From positions 124,001 through 188,000 of the forward strand of contig JAUCBJ010007524.1 of NCBI GenBank assembly GCA_032718475.1: a stretch of 64,000 nucleotides of DNA, written 5' to 3'. Shown piece after piece: positions 13,489 to 25,165 of this stretch (its first letter is position 1; every line of letters starts with the position of its first letter). This DNA is from Nemertoderma westbladi. Lineage: Eukaryota; Animalia; Xenacoelomorpha. The notes below the pieces were generated by a model. That model was not told the origin of the DNA. It saw only the letters and a program-made list of their open reading frames with translations, and searched no databases. The position numbers and the translations under genes are program-made.

Positions 13489-16400
13489 ATGAGTGAGTCG
13501 GGCGAGACACCGCCGCGGACCCCGGACGACGATCTAACGATCCGTGAGGCCACGGCGAGACGATACGAACCCACGATGCCAGTCGATGCTACGCCGACCA
13601 CGTCGACGCCGGTTGACGCCACGTCGATAACGAGCAACCTGGCGAACCAAGATGTGGGGGGTCGTCTACCAGGAGAGAGCGAGTCGAGTAGAGGAGGAGA
13701 ACGAAAAGACGAGTCGACGCGGAGCGAGGGTCGACATACCGATGTCACCGGTCAGCCACAGGCCGAGGACGACGAACGGTCCACCGGAACGGCGACGGTG
13801 GGGCCGTCGGTACGACGTCGGACCCGGAGAGAGAGAGGAGAGGTCGGCGACGAGGACGTCGGGGTTTCTGATCGACTTCGACGGGCCTACAACGCGACCC
13901 GGGAACTACTAAAGGAGGCCAAGGAGGGGGCGAAGATAGACGAGGTGAGACTGAGAAAGCGACTAGGTGAGTCGAACAGATACTTTGATCACCTAGTGTG
14001 TTCTGGACAGAGAGAACTAGCAGAGTTGAGGGCGAGAGGAGTTGTCAACGAACTGGTTGAACTATGGGAATGTAGGGGTATGCAGCCTAGTGTAGTGTAC
14101 ATAGGGCCATACTTAGTCGATGCCCGGGGAGTAAAATTAGTGGGTTGGAAGAGACCGCAGGAGGGCGAATCCGAGGTTAACTCCGAGGATTCGGTCTCGT
14201 CGGTCGGAGGAAGTTCCGGGAGGCGGGGGAGAGTTAGTAGGACAGAGGGGGGGCGGGAGTCCGTCGCAACCGATAAGTCTGCTACATCCTCCGCAAAAGA
14301 AAGAAGGGTGCGGGAGATAAATCTGGCGTATGATTTAGAAAGGGCGGCGGCAAAGCAGAAAAGCTTAGAGCGGCAACTGAGGGATAAAACCGCCGTCTTA
14401 AAGGTGTTAAGAGAGTTAGAGTTAAGAGAGTATAGAAAGAGAGTCGAGGAGTGTAAGAGAGTCGAGGAGTGTATAGAGCGGAAGATGAGAGTAGGAGACG
14501 AGCCGGCGACGTGGCCTGAGATAATTGCGAGAGTTGAGTCGGGCGAGCAGAATATGCGAAAGAGAAAGATAGAGGGTAAGCATGAGCGGGATGATTTGCG
14601 TGCCCGGCTAGGGAGGCTTGCGCAATATCAAGCCAAACTAGGCCAGCGCCGACTAGAACTGGCGCGGTTGGAGATATCAGAGAGTGAGCCCCCACCTACA
14701 GACACCGGGCGAGAGAACCAGAACTGGTGTAGCCGTACGGGCGGGGGGGGGTAGTAGTAGTACGTCAGAAGTAGTTAATATTAATAGTACCGTAGTAAAT
14801 AACCCTAATCCCTTTATTACAGGAAATAATATTTTACCGGGTAGTAGTAATTTAAATTTAAATACAAATATTCTAAATAATAATTTCAATTCAAACCCGC
14901 AAAATAATTCGGATAATAATTTAAGTCTAGAGAATAGTAGTGATCTAAGTAATTTAAATAATTTAAATAATAATCCTGTTTCAAATTCTAATAATTTAAT
15001 TGATTTAACAAATAATATTGGGAATGGTGCTATTAATGTGAGCGTGTCGGACGTACATAACTCAGCAGACGGTGGCCTGGTAGGCCACGTAGTTAGTAGG
15101 CAGGAGGTGGCAGGGTTGAGCCAACCCGGCGGCGGCCTGGTAGGCCACGCAGTTAGTAGACAGGAGGTAGCGGGGTTGAGCCAACCCGAAGTAGGCCTGG
15201 TGGGCCACGCAGTAGTAGAGAGAGAGGCGGGGGTGAACAGACCCAGCCGTAGTAGAGACAGCGCGTCGACTAGAGAGGGGTATAGAGACGAAGTAAGAGA
15301 TATTGAAGTTATATGTGGCGAGTGGGGGGGGGGGGGGCTACCGGCGCCCCACCACATAAGATTAGTGGCGAGAGAGGGGGGGCAGAGAATGCCCCACAAG
15401 AGGGGTGTAGAAGTGTAGTAAGAGGTAGTGAAGTTAGAAGTGGCGGGTGGGGGGGGGCTACGGGCACCCCACCGCGAGAAGTTAGTAGAGAGAGAGGGGG
15501 GGCAGAGAGTGTCCCGCAGACGTCAGCGGATAATGCGCGGGCCGAATCAGGTAAACCGCAACACCCGGCGACGGAGAGTAATAGGGGGATTGCGAGTATC
15601 CCCAGCGGCGTGCGATCGAGTAGAGAGAGGCAGGTTGACGTCGCGAGAGGGCAGGCGAAGCGTCGAGCCCGACCAGAAGAGAGAAGAAGAACAGTGGAGT
15701 TTAACCGGGAGGTCGACGAGAGATCTCACGAGCCGGAATACTGCACTGAAAAGAGACGAAGAGGAGATAGTAGAAAAGGTGTCGCCACGAATGATAGGAG
15801 TGCGAGGACGGATAACGAACCGTCGATAGTAGAGATGGAGTCAGGGAGCCAGTGGGGTCGAACTTCGGGAGATTGCCGTCGCCCCGGAGAAACGCACCGC
15901 ACGCCAAGAGAGGGGTACAAGACGTACCAATACAGAGTCGAGAACAGGAGAGGGGATCGGAGAGAAGCTTCCCGACGTGATATAGCTGCCGATCGAGAGT
16001 ACGGTAGTCGCGGGGAGATACAAGATTCGCGAAGAATAAACTTCGGTTCGGAAGGGCATATGCAGACTGCAGGACATACTGTAGGCCTTACTGCACATAC
16101 TATTGTAGGCCATGCTGAGAGAGATAGAGTAGGCGATGGGGTAGCGCGAACGATGGGATTAAACCCGGAAGTCGCGGAGTACATACCGGTAGGTAGGCGA
16201 GAGGTAGGTAGGCCTGTATCGGTACAGCAGCATGACTATAATAATACACAGGGACATAACATATATTCAGGGGAGGGGGGAGTTATTGGAGATAGACGTA
16301 TGGGCCCCAATGTATTAACATCAACCCCAGTACCAAACATACCGGCTGGGGGGGGACAGGGTGACATTCCCCCATCACAATATCGACAATGTACCCCGAT

Positions 16401-17214
16401 AGGAGCAAGAACATCGAACTCCCTGGACGAGAGCAGGTCGTGCGGACAGTCAATACCACACGCGGCCGTACAGGGGACTGCTAGTCCACAGTTAGCTGGT
16501 AGCAGGGCCACACCGTGGCAGGGACAGAAAGAAAATAACACCAAAAATAAAAACAATCCCAATATACCCAGTAGGCCGAGTCTAGACAACCAAGACATTA
16601 AATCGGTACATATAAACCTAAGCGCGATACGTGAAGGACTATACAGGAAACGCTATAATCCAGGATTCCAATGTCAATTACATCGGGACGGAACCCATAA
16701 GACCAGGAGTTGCAAGTACTGGCAAGCGTTGCCCAAACGAGATCGTGTAGCCTACACAGACGCAAACGGACTATGTCATCGATGTGTGGTAAAAGGACAC
16801 AGATCCGGAGAGTGTTGGAAAGGGAGAGGATGTGAAAGGACTAGACCAGGGGCAGAGAAGCCCATGAGCAAACATAAGGGAGTCGGGAAAGTAGAAGGAG
16901 GCGTGTTGCATACACACGCAGGACGGACACAGTGCGAGGGGGCATTACATGAGCAGACACCGCGTATACCGAGGGTCGAGCGGGGGTCGTCGAGGGCTCT
17001 AATGCCAGCGCACATACGAAGGGGGAGGCCAGCAAAGGTGGCACCGAAGAGAGTGTGGCGAAGAGTTAGAGGACGTATAGGAGGGCAGCAGGAGAGTGCC
17101 TACTGGAAGAAGGGGCACCTGAGAGTTTTTAGTCGTCCAAAGTTTTGGACTGAGGGGGGTGGGAATGAGGGCGAGACGCCCTTCCCACGCACAAAATATA
17201 AAATAATTATTTAA
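13489..17214 (+). CDS. Gag-like protein of ~1240 aa (coiled coil, Asn-rich and other disordered regions, BEL-type zinc knuckles), split into 3 ORFs by frameshifts at poly-G runs
   Basis: ORFs 13489-14754, 14684-15418 and 15313-17214 switch frame at G-runs (~14744, ~15324); CQLHRDGTHKTRSC...CHRCVVKGHRSGEC has the same spacing as host CQYC...HKLDSC...CWACLAPGHVRRQC. Confidence 0.7.
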
Positions 17215-17239
17215 TTAAATAATATAATTAAATAATAAA

Positions 17240-18960
17240 GTAGGTAGAAGTTAGGTAGTTAGGAGTTATTTAGGAGGTACGTAGTACCTAGAGTCAGAGT
17301 TAGTTAGTTAGTCAGTTAGCACTGATAGTTAGTGTTAGAGTAAGAGTTAGAGGGTACGCAGTACCGTTAGTAAGAGTAGAGTCAGAGGAGTTAGTAGGAG
17401 GGTACGTGTAGTACCGTTAGTAGAAGAGTTAGTAGGAGGGTACGTGTAGTACCGTTAGTAGAAGAGTTAGTAGGAGGGTACGTGTAGTACTGTTAGTAGA
17501 AGAGTTAGTAGGAGGGTACGTGTAGTACCGTTAGTAGAAGAGAGTTAGAGGGTACGTAAGTACCGCTAGTTAGTAGAGTTGGAGGGTACGTAAGTACCGC
17601 TAGTTAGTTAGAGTTAGAGGGTACGTAAGTACCGCTAGTTAGTTAGAGTTAGAGGGTACGTAAGTACCGCTAGTTAGTTAGAGAGTTAGAGGGTACGTAA
17701 GTACCGCTAGTTAGTTAGAGTTAGAGGGTACGTAAGTACCGGTTAGAGAGTAAGAGTTAGAGGGTACGCAGTACCGTTAGAGAGTAGGAGTAGTAAGAGG
17801 GTACCTTGTACCGCTAGCTAGTAGAGAGAGCTAGAGTAGTAAGAGGGTACGTAGTACCGCTAGTTAGGAGTGTTAGTAGTAGCAGTAGAAGGGTTGTGGG
17901 CACCGGAAGCGCCACGCAGTTAGAGTTAGTAGGGAATGCGCTGAACTTAATGGGGCACGGGCGTGATGACGTGTTTGATGTAAGAGCAAGGTATGTTAAT
18001 TAGGGTGGGTGCCGGGCACAAGAGGTGCCGGGCACAAAAAGAGTAGAGTAGTAGACGGGCACATAGGGTTGCCAGGTAGTAGAGTTAGAGAGTTAGAGAT
18101 AGAGTAGAGTAGTAGAGAAGGCACATAGGGTGCCAGGTAGTAGAGTTAGAGAGATAGAGATAGTGTAGAGTAGTAGAGAGGGCACATAGGGTGCCAGTTA
18201 GTAGAGTTAGAAGGTGCCGGGCACAAGAGGTGCCGGGCACAAAAAGAGTTAGTAGAGTTAGAAGAGAGTTAGTAGAGTCAGTAGTAGTTCACATAATTAA
18301 CGTACCCACTCTGCCGGCACTCAGAGCGTCACGTGTAGGCGATGAGACGTAAAGGGGGAGTAGAGGAGTAGAGACGGGCACATTGGGTGCCAGGTAGTAG
18401 AAGAGTAAAGAGGGCACATAGGGTGCCAGGTAGTAGAGTTAGAGAGGTAGTAGTGTAGTAGAGAGGGCACATAAGGTGCCAGGTAGTAGAGTTAGAGAGG
18501 TAGTAGTGTAGTAGAGAGGGCACATAGGGTGCCAGGCAGTAGAGTTAGAGAGGTAGTAGTGTAGTAGAGAGGGCACATAGGGTGCCAGGTAGTAGAGTAG
18601 AGCAGAGAGGGCACATAGGGTGCCATATAGTAGAGTGGTTGTGGGCACCGCAAGCGCCACGTAGTTAGAAGAGTGGAGTAGAGTTAGTAGAGCTAGTTAG
18701 TAGAGTTAGCAGAGCTAGTGGAGTAGAGTTAGCAGAGCTAGTGGAGTAGAGTTAGTAGAGCTAGTTAGCAGAGTTGGTAGACTCAGAGGAGTCAAGTAGA
18801 GTCAGTAGAAGTAGAGAGCTAGTAGGAGTTAGTTAGACTTAGTAGAGAGTTAAAGTTAGTAGAAAGTTAGAGGCTCTCAGTTAGAGCTAGAAGTAGTAAG
18901 AGTTAGTAGTTAGCAGAGTTAGTTAGATAGTTAGAGTTAGTAAGCAGTAGGTAGATAGTA
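17240..18960 (+). repeat. C-poor, purine-rich tandem arrays (35-38-bp and ~53-bp units), each unit carrying a short hairpin
   Basis: Units such as AGAGTTAGAGGGTACGTAAGTACCGCTAGTT and AGAGGGCACATAGGGTGCCAGGTAGTAGAGTT. Confidence 0.9.
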
Positions 18961-19595
18961 TGATAGCACAGGGGTAGCATTAGAGAATGAAGCCTTAGGG
19001 AGTGGAGTGACAGAGAGTGGAGAGGTGATAGTGCGGAGTGCGGAGAGAGTGGTGTAAGTACTATAGTCATACAACCTTTCTCAATTAGCTACTGGGACTG
19101 GGGGACAATTGACTATGGGACTATGGACGAGACAACTGACAATTTCACGCTTCTTGAGTGCGACGGCACGAGAGGGGGGGGAGGTTCGTCAGGAGAGATA
19201 AAACAGTCAAAGTGGAGTTGAGAATCGGAATAAGAGTGTGAAGTGCGGAGAGAGTGCGAACGCAATTCTAGTGTGGGGGGGGGGGGAGAATAAGAGGCTG
19301 AGTGAGGGACGAGGAGGTCCGGGGGTATGAGGGAGTTAGGGTGAGAGTAGAGGGGAGGTAGGGCGAAAGTGTTGGGGAAACAAAAATCGCGTGAAGAGGT
19401 GAGCGCGATCGGCCCGACATGAGACGCCAGGCACACAGGGTAGCGTTATCATACCCATAGGGGGCGGCCTGGAAAGCCGGCTCCTAGAGAAAAGAATTCC
19501 ACCCCACACCCGATACTAGATCGGGATCCAGCGGGATTGTAACGCACTTTTTGGTTGATGCTATCTTCTTACCGGGAAGATAGCATGGGGGGGAG

Positions 19596-20133
19596 TGTTA
19601 GCTTATTCAATCCCGCCAACACCCCATAAAGTTATTAGCCGATAAGCAATATTGGGAGCCACGAGATTGGGTAATTAACCAACTCGTGCCATCCCAATGA
19701 GAGTGGGAAGGAAGCACACAATAGAGGGTCAGGGGCCAAACCCCTAACCCAAGGAGAACAGGTGGAGTGAACGGGAATACTCCACGGGGCGCCAACAAGG
19801 GTATTAACCAATCAGAGGGGGGAATGGCATCGATTGAGTAGCAGTAAGGCCACCGTGCAATATAACCAATAACCTATTGATCAGTGATTCAGTTATCTCA
19901 GTGCAGCAGTGCTAGCGTAGGGTACAGCCAATTAGTTTAGTTAGGGGATCACGGGACTTTAGTTACCGTATCCCGCCTACCGTATAATTCACAATATATC
20001 TATATCCTATAACCTATTATTATACACCGAACTTCAGAACTCAATTATCTTTATTTCACTCTTATACACGGCGGGGACGCGTGGACTAAATACCACATCG
20101 GATAAATCGGGATCCCTCCTGGATCCCGTCACA
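19596..20133 (+). repeat. 3' LTR of the nested element
   Basis: Direct repeat of 12835-13372, preceded by a PPT and followed by TSD GAATC. Confidence 0.95.
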
Positions 20134-20679
20134 GAATCCGTCTATAGATATACAGTAATTTGAAAAGTCGTGAGCCTGGAAAATAGCATTTAGAAACCAT
20201 GGTGATGGCTATATTATGTAGGAGTGTAAATTGAGTTCAGTAACTTCCACAGATTGGTGCCAACAGTACAACAACCAAGGTGCTAAAGGTTAGTAGCACC
20301 AGAGGCATACACAGACCCCACTCAGTAGTTTGCAGTGAAGTGAGGTGTTCGATTATCAAACCTGTGGGTTTGGTATAGTCGAGCGCCAAAACTATTGTCC
20401 TTTCTAACTACTATAGTCTAGTACAAGTATTGGGGAGTAGCTTGGGCATCAAAAAGTGAGTCGGTCACGGCCAGTTTATCTCCGAAGTTTTTGCGCTATG
20501 CATGGGAATAGGTTAGAAGAAAGTTAGGAATGAGACGGGATCTAGAGAGCCGAACCTGAACTGCTGGAAGGCGGCTGGGGGGTTTGGGAAGTCTGTCCTT
20601 CGGCATCATCTAACTGATTTACCCACAGTGTAATTAGTTATGTAACGAACCAATTGGATATGTATATATACGCGGCATA

Positions 20680-21474
20680 ATGGAAAAGGAAATGAGAGCG
20701 CAACCGAGGAGAGGGTTTACCGCCAGAGAGGAGGCGGAACTACCATTCGCCCGACCCGGGTGTAAAGATTCGAACGTTTACTACCATGGGAGATCGGTGA
20801 TGGAGTTAAACGGGAAGTATAAGCCCTCGTATGAGAAGGAGTTGAGGAGGGAACGGATGCGAGCGTTGGGAGACCGCATGGAGGTTTTACGGAAGGAGTA
20901 TCGCACTCGTTATCCCTACGACTTTGCCCTTGATGTATGCGACATTAGCGCAGACCCAGACGAGGAAATCGCCCGTCTGTACCATATGAACATGTATTTA
21001 CGTTATGATGAACCTCTACCTGCAGTCCGGGATAAATTCGACGGAATGCACCTTTACCAGAGGACTCGAGGCGATGATCAGGAGACGCCAAAGGTTTTCA
21101 GCGTATACAAGTTGTTCTACAAATGCGGCAAATACATGAATAAACAAGACGTAGCGATTCCCGATCGACTGAACGAGCAGCATCCTGAACCGATATTAAC
21201 GCGATGTCAAGCTCACCAGTTCCTTAGATACAACGAGGGAGGTTACCCGATGAGCAACCCGATGATCAGTATCGACTTTAGCGGAAAGCGACCTCCGAGA
21301 CCCATTACGCCGACTGTTACGACTTTAGATCCGTATACGGAGATTAAACCCTGTTCGACACCCGCTTTGATAGAGACGGCAGCGGCCATATACCGAGCCT
21401 ATAAGGACCTAGAGTTACTGCAAATTACAATCCGAACTATGATTTCTACCCTTTTGATTAATGGTTCTATGTGA
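20680..21474 (+). CDS. Additional ORF3 of BEL copy A (unknown function); C-terminus lost by deletion, last 20 codons derive from LTR
   Basis: 264-aa ORF homologous to 60559-61248 with mostly synonymous differences; homology ends at ~21414. Confidence 0.7.
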   Translation: MEKEMRAQPRRGFTAREEAELPFARPGCKDSNVYYHGRSVMELNGKYKPSYEKELRRERMRALGDRMEVLRKEYRTRYPYDFALDVCDISADPDEEIARLYHMNMYLRYDEPLPAVRDKFDGMHLYQRTRGDDQETPKVFSVYKLFYKCGKYMNKQDVAIPDRLNEQHPEPILTRCQAHQFLRYNEGGYPMSNPMISIDFSGKRPPRPITPTVTTLDPYTEIKPCSTPALIETAAAIYRAYKDLELLQITIRTMISTLLINGSM

Positions 21475-21790
21475 TTAAGATGCGATAATCCCACGGGATT
21501 TTCTTTAGACTGTCAGACTGTTTGTGATTGCATGCGCCGTTACTGTAGCTATTCATTCTAATGGAGGGCTAAGGTACCGGTAGGGGCGGCGGGTGCACCG
21601 GGGGGGTAGCGACGAAGGGAGTGCAGAGGATTCAAGAGCGAGCAACGCTGGCGGGGGGTCACCGTTGTGGTCGGAAGGCTAGCAGTGTAGAGAGAAGACC
21701 GGTCGCCGGTACAGTAATTAGGGGGCTGACGATCCAGATTTTGTCTCTATTTTGTAGTGTTAGGGGGGCAGGAATCGGGTTAGTTAGGAA
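21414..21790 (+). repeat. Internal fragment of the 3' LTR of BEL copy A
   Basis: Near-identical to 1854-2230; copied again at ~25663-26049. Confidence 0.9.
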
Positions 21791-24475
21791 AAGTGGATGA
21801 GAAGGTGACACCTAAATGTTTGTAAGACTCTACCATAGGTAGGGCAGTATTATTGTAATAGACTGGCAAAGTCTGGTATGGGATACTACCAGCCATTGTC
21901 ATTACTACTGTTTTGGATGGGTTAATTGTAACAAGCCATTTAAGTGCGCACTAATGAAGTGAACAGAGGTCTGTGTTTATAAAATGGGCCCTAACTGAAG
22001 GATGCTGTAATCGAGTGTACAATGACGTATCATCTGCAAAAAGTGATGCCGTGGATTTCAATACATCGATTAAATCATCGATATAAATAAGGAATAGCAG
22101 TGGACCCAAGATGCTGCCTTGCTAAAATAAGCTAAAATAAGCATATATACAGATGCAACGCCATCGAGTACAACCCGCTGGTAACGTCCCGACAGGTAAC
22201 TTGCAAACCAACCTAGCAACCTCCCACGGATCCCAATTCGTTCTAGCTTGTGCAATAGGCCTTGATGCCATACACGGTCAAACGCTTTCGATATATCACA
22301 GAAAATAATATGTGACACATCGCCGTCGTCCCATGCACGGCACCAGTCATCATAAAGTTGTAGTAAACGGTACACACAACCATCTCCAGATATTAAACCA
22401 GACTGATGTTCAGAAAGTTTATTACGTAGAAATTCCCAGAGATGTTTACGAACGACAGTTTCAAATACCTTGGATAAAATGCAGAGCAATGAAATTGGCC
22501 GATAGTTGGAGCAATAGTATGTTTCGTTATTCTTAAAGACTGGGCTTACGTTAGAGTATTTCCAAAGGGAGGGAAATGTTGATGTTAGTAATGAGATATT
22601 AAATAACACTGCTAGCAATGATGATATACTTGTACGTATAGCTTTGATTACCTTGGGGCCAATGCCGTCTGGACCAGACGCTTTATCAGATGACAAACTA
22701 GTTAGTGATTCCAGAACGTCTTCCTCACTAATTGTTATATTTTCTAAGATTGTAATATTTTCATTTTCATAGTCCAGTATAGGCAGAGGGTTCAATGGAG
22801 ATAGTAGTTTTGTTTGATCAATAAAGAAGTTATTTAAGAGTTCAGTTTTTGCACTAGCCTCAACAAGACATGTATTGTTTTCGATTAGGAATGGTATATT
22901 AGTAACTTTTGTTTTCCCAAGGGTATTCTTTGCGAAAGAATACTACTCTTTTTGTGTCATTTGACCACTAGTACTTAGCTTATCATACATTTTACGATTG
23001 TATGCATTTTTTGCAATCCGCACTTGTTGAATAACATGATTTCTAAGTCTGCGATATTCGTTCCACTCCATTGAATCATCTTGCGTTTTTAATGCTTTTT
23101 TATGGCATTTCTCACGTTTTCTAAAAAGTTGACGCAGAAATGGTGTGATCCATTTAGGATCGGTTGATCGTGATTTTACTACTTTATTAGGTATAAACTT
23201 GTTAATTTCCTCCTTAAGGCAATCATTTAATTTTTGTGCTATTTCGTTAGGATCTCTACTGTCTATAGCCGAAGTAAAGTCGTAACCCGAAATAAATAAC
23301 GAAAAACTTTCCCAATTTGCTTTAGCAAAATCAAATATGGATCTGCTGTATAAAGGTGGAGGTTTAATTTTACAATTAATTGTTATATAAACAGGTTTGT
23401 GATCTGAAATGAAACCTCCATCCTCATACTGCAGGAGAGGGTGGGTGCCATAGTCCAGAGTTAGTGCAGGTTTGTCAGAGAACACCAAGTCTAAGCAGGT
23501 GTTGCTAATGGGACGAGTTACTTCATGAATGTATTGTGTAAATCCTGTTTGTGCAGCAAATTGCTGGACTGGTAGAGAATCGCCAGATAAACAGTTACTA
23601 TTAAAATCGCCTGATAGGACAATACAATCGTAATTATTTGATTTTCTTATATCTTCAATTACCTCTGACAGTTTCCCCCAAAGCGATGATGGCGGCGTTG
23701 ATGGCACATAAACAGAAATAACCAAAAATCTTAACTTGCAATGGTAGATTTCAATGAAAATAGCATCCATGGTGCTATTCTCGAACGATGTCCTCCGTTT
23801 GTGAGGGATACTTTCCTTAATCAGTACCCCCACACCTCCGTAGTTATCACTACATTGCTTACTATAGAATTTATATGGAGATGTATTTAACTTGTCTTTA
23901 TTTTTATTTTCGGATGAATTATTAAACCAAATTTCATTTAGGCAAAAGATATCAATACCAAGATCACATGCTGTTTGATAAATGCTGTCAATTTTCTCCA
24001 TTGATACGATGTTGCTAGTTGGTATCCTTGGTAGTAGACTACGAACATTTAACTGGTAAATAGAAAATGGTCCAGGGTTAGATTGAACATCACCTGATAG
24101 ATCAATAATATTTTTTGTGTAATGTTAATTCTCGCCTGGTTTCAAATGAAACGTTTCAGTACAGCTGATCTGTTTGTGTTTATATGGCCGAGGACAGCCA
24201 CTGCGGGGGACGTCCGTAGACGAGCAGGGGCATCCCCAGCAACGGCCACACACGGCCCCAACTGGCCTCAAAGCCAGCGGTAAAATGGAAGGTATTAACC
24301 CTAACGTCTCACCAATATGTCGAGATGAACTACATAGTATCTGAGTATTACTGTGGTGAGCAGTAATACAATAATAAAGTTTAGGAGCAGGATGCAAAAG
24401 TAACACAAGGTAGAGTGATAGTAAAGCAAAAAATAATGCACAATGTCGATTAGCAATCATTATAAGCATAAACAA
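21791..24475 (-). pseudogene. CR1-group LINE ORF2 (2A-like peptide, APE endonuclease, RT), 3'-truncated; unit 1
   Basis: 22943-24001: CLNEIW, SGDFN, CLDLVFS, SDH (APE); 22070-22795: KASGPDGI, NYRPISLL, DISKAFD; FADD at ~22030; SGDVQSNPGP at 24068-24097. Confidence 0.9.
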
Positions 24476-24699
24476 TTCAGCAATTTGTCTGACGGTTATG
24501 TAATATGTTTATAATTGATGCTAGGTTAGAAAGGTAAAATTAATACAATGTATGTACGTATGTGTATTAGGGTGGTCCACAAATGTGCAAAAAACACTCC
24601 ATTTGTGGACTACCCCAATGTGTATAGATAGATAGATAGGTATATATATATATACAAAATGCAATACATGCATGTATCGCATCAATAGTACTTTTAACA

Positions 24700-25165
24700 A
24701 TATTTCGTAATTCACAATTATTGTTTCGTAATAATTACTTTACAATCTTCAACATAGTTCCTGACTACTCCACCAAGTTACGCAACAGTTACTTCACAAT
24801 ATTTTAGTATCAATTACTAACATTGTTTCGTAACAATTACATCACAATTGTTTAGAATCAATTACTTACAATAGTTTCGTAACAATTAAATAGTTTCGTA
24901 ACAATTACATCACAATTATTTAGAATCAATTACTTACAATAGTTTCGTAACAATTAAATAGTTTCGTAACAATTACATCACAATTGTTTAGAATCAATTA
25001 CTTACAATAGTTTCGTAACAATTAATTCACAATAGTTTCATAGCAAATGCTTCACAATAGTTCCCTAACTACTTCGCAGTCAGGGAATTACTTCACAATA
25101 GCAATTATTCACAATAGCGTCGTAACAATAGTTCAGTAACTATTTTACAATAGTTTCGTAGTAAT
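24700..25165. repeat. Minisatellite built of TAGTTTCGTAACAATTA / CACAATTGTTTAGAATCAATTACTT units
   Basis: Visible tandem units; the second copy at ~28960-29545 has more units. Confidence 0.85.

Larger units (their letters stand above)
12835..20133 (+). mobile_element. Young non-autonomous (pol-less) LTR retrotransposon, 7299 bp, encoding BEL-type zinc knuckles
   Basis: Two apparently identical 538-bp TG...CA LTRs, 5-bp TSD GAATC (12830-12834, 20134-20138), PPT GGGGGGGAG at 19587-19595; no PR/RT/RH/IN motifs. Confidence 0.93.
1280..21790 (+). mobile_element. BEL/Pao LTR retrotransposon copy A (degenerate, internally deleted, with nested insertions)
   Basis: Colinear with copy B (48145-64000): LTR, gag-pol, extra ORF, partial 3' LTR. 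Confidence 0.92.

Noticed and set aside
17240-18960. Repeat array with palindromic units resembling a CRISPR array
   Set aside because: Spacers are themselves repetitive, there are no cas genes, and the context is a eukaryotic LTR element
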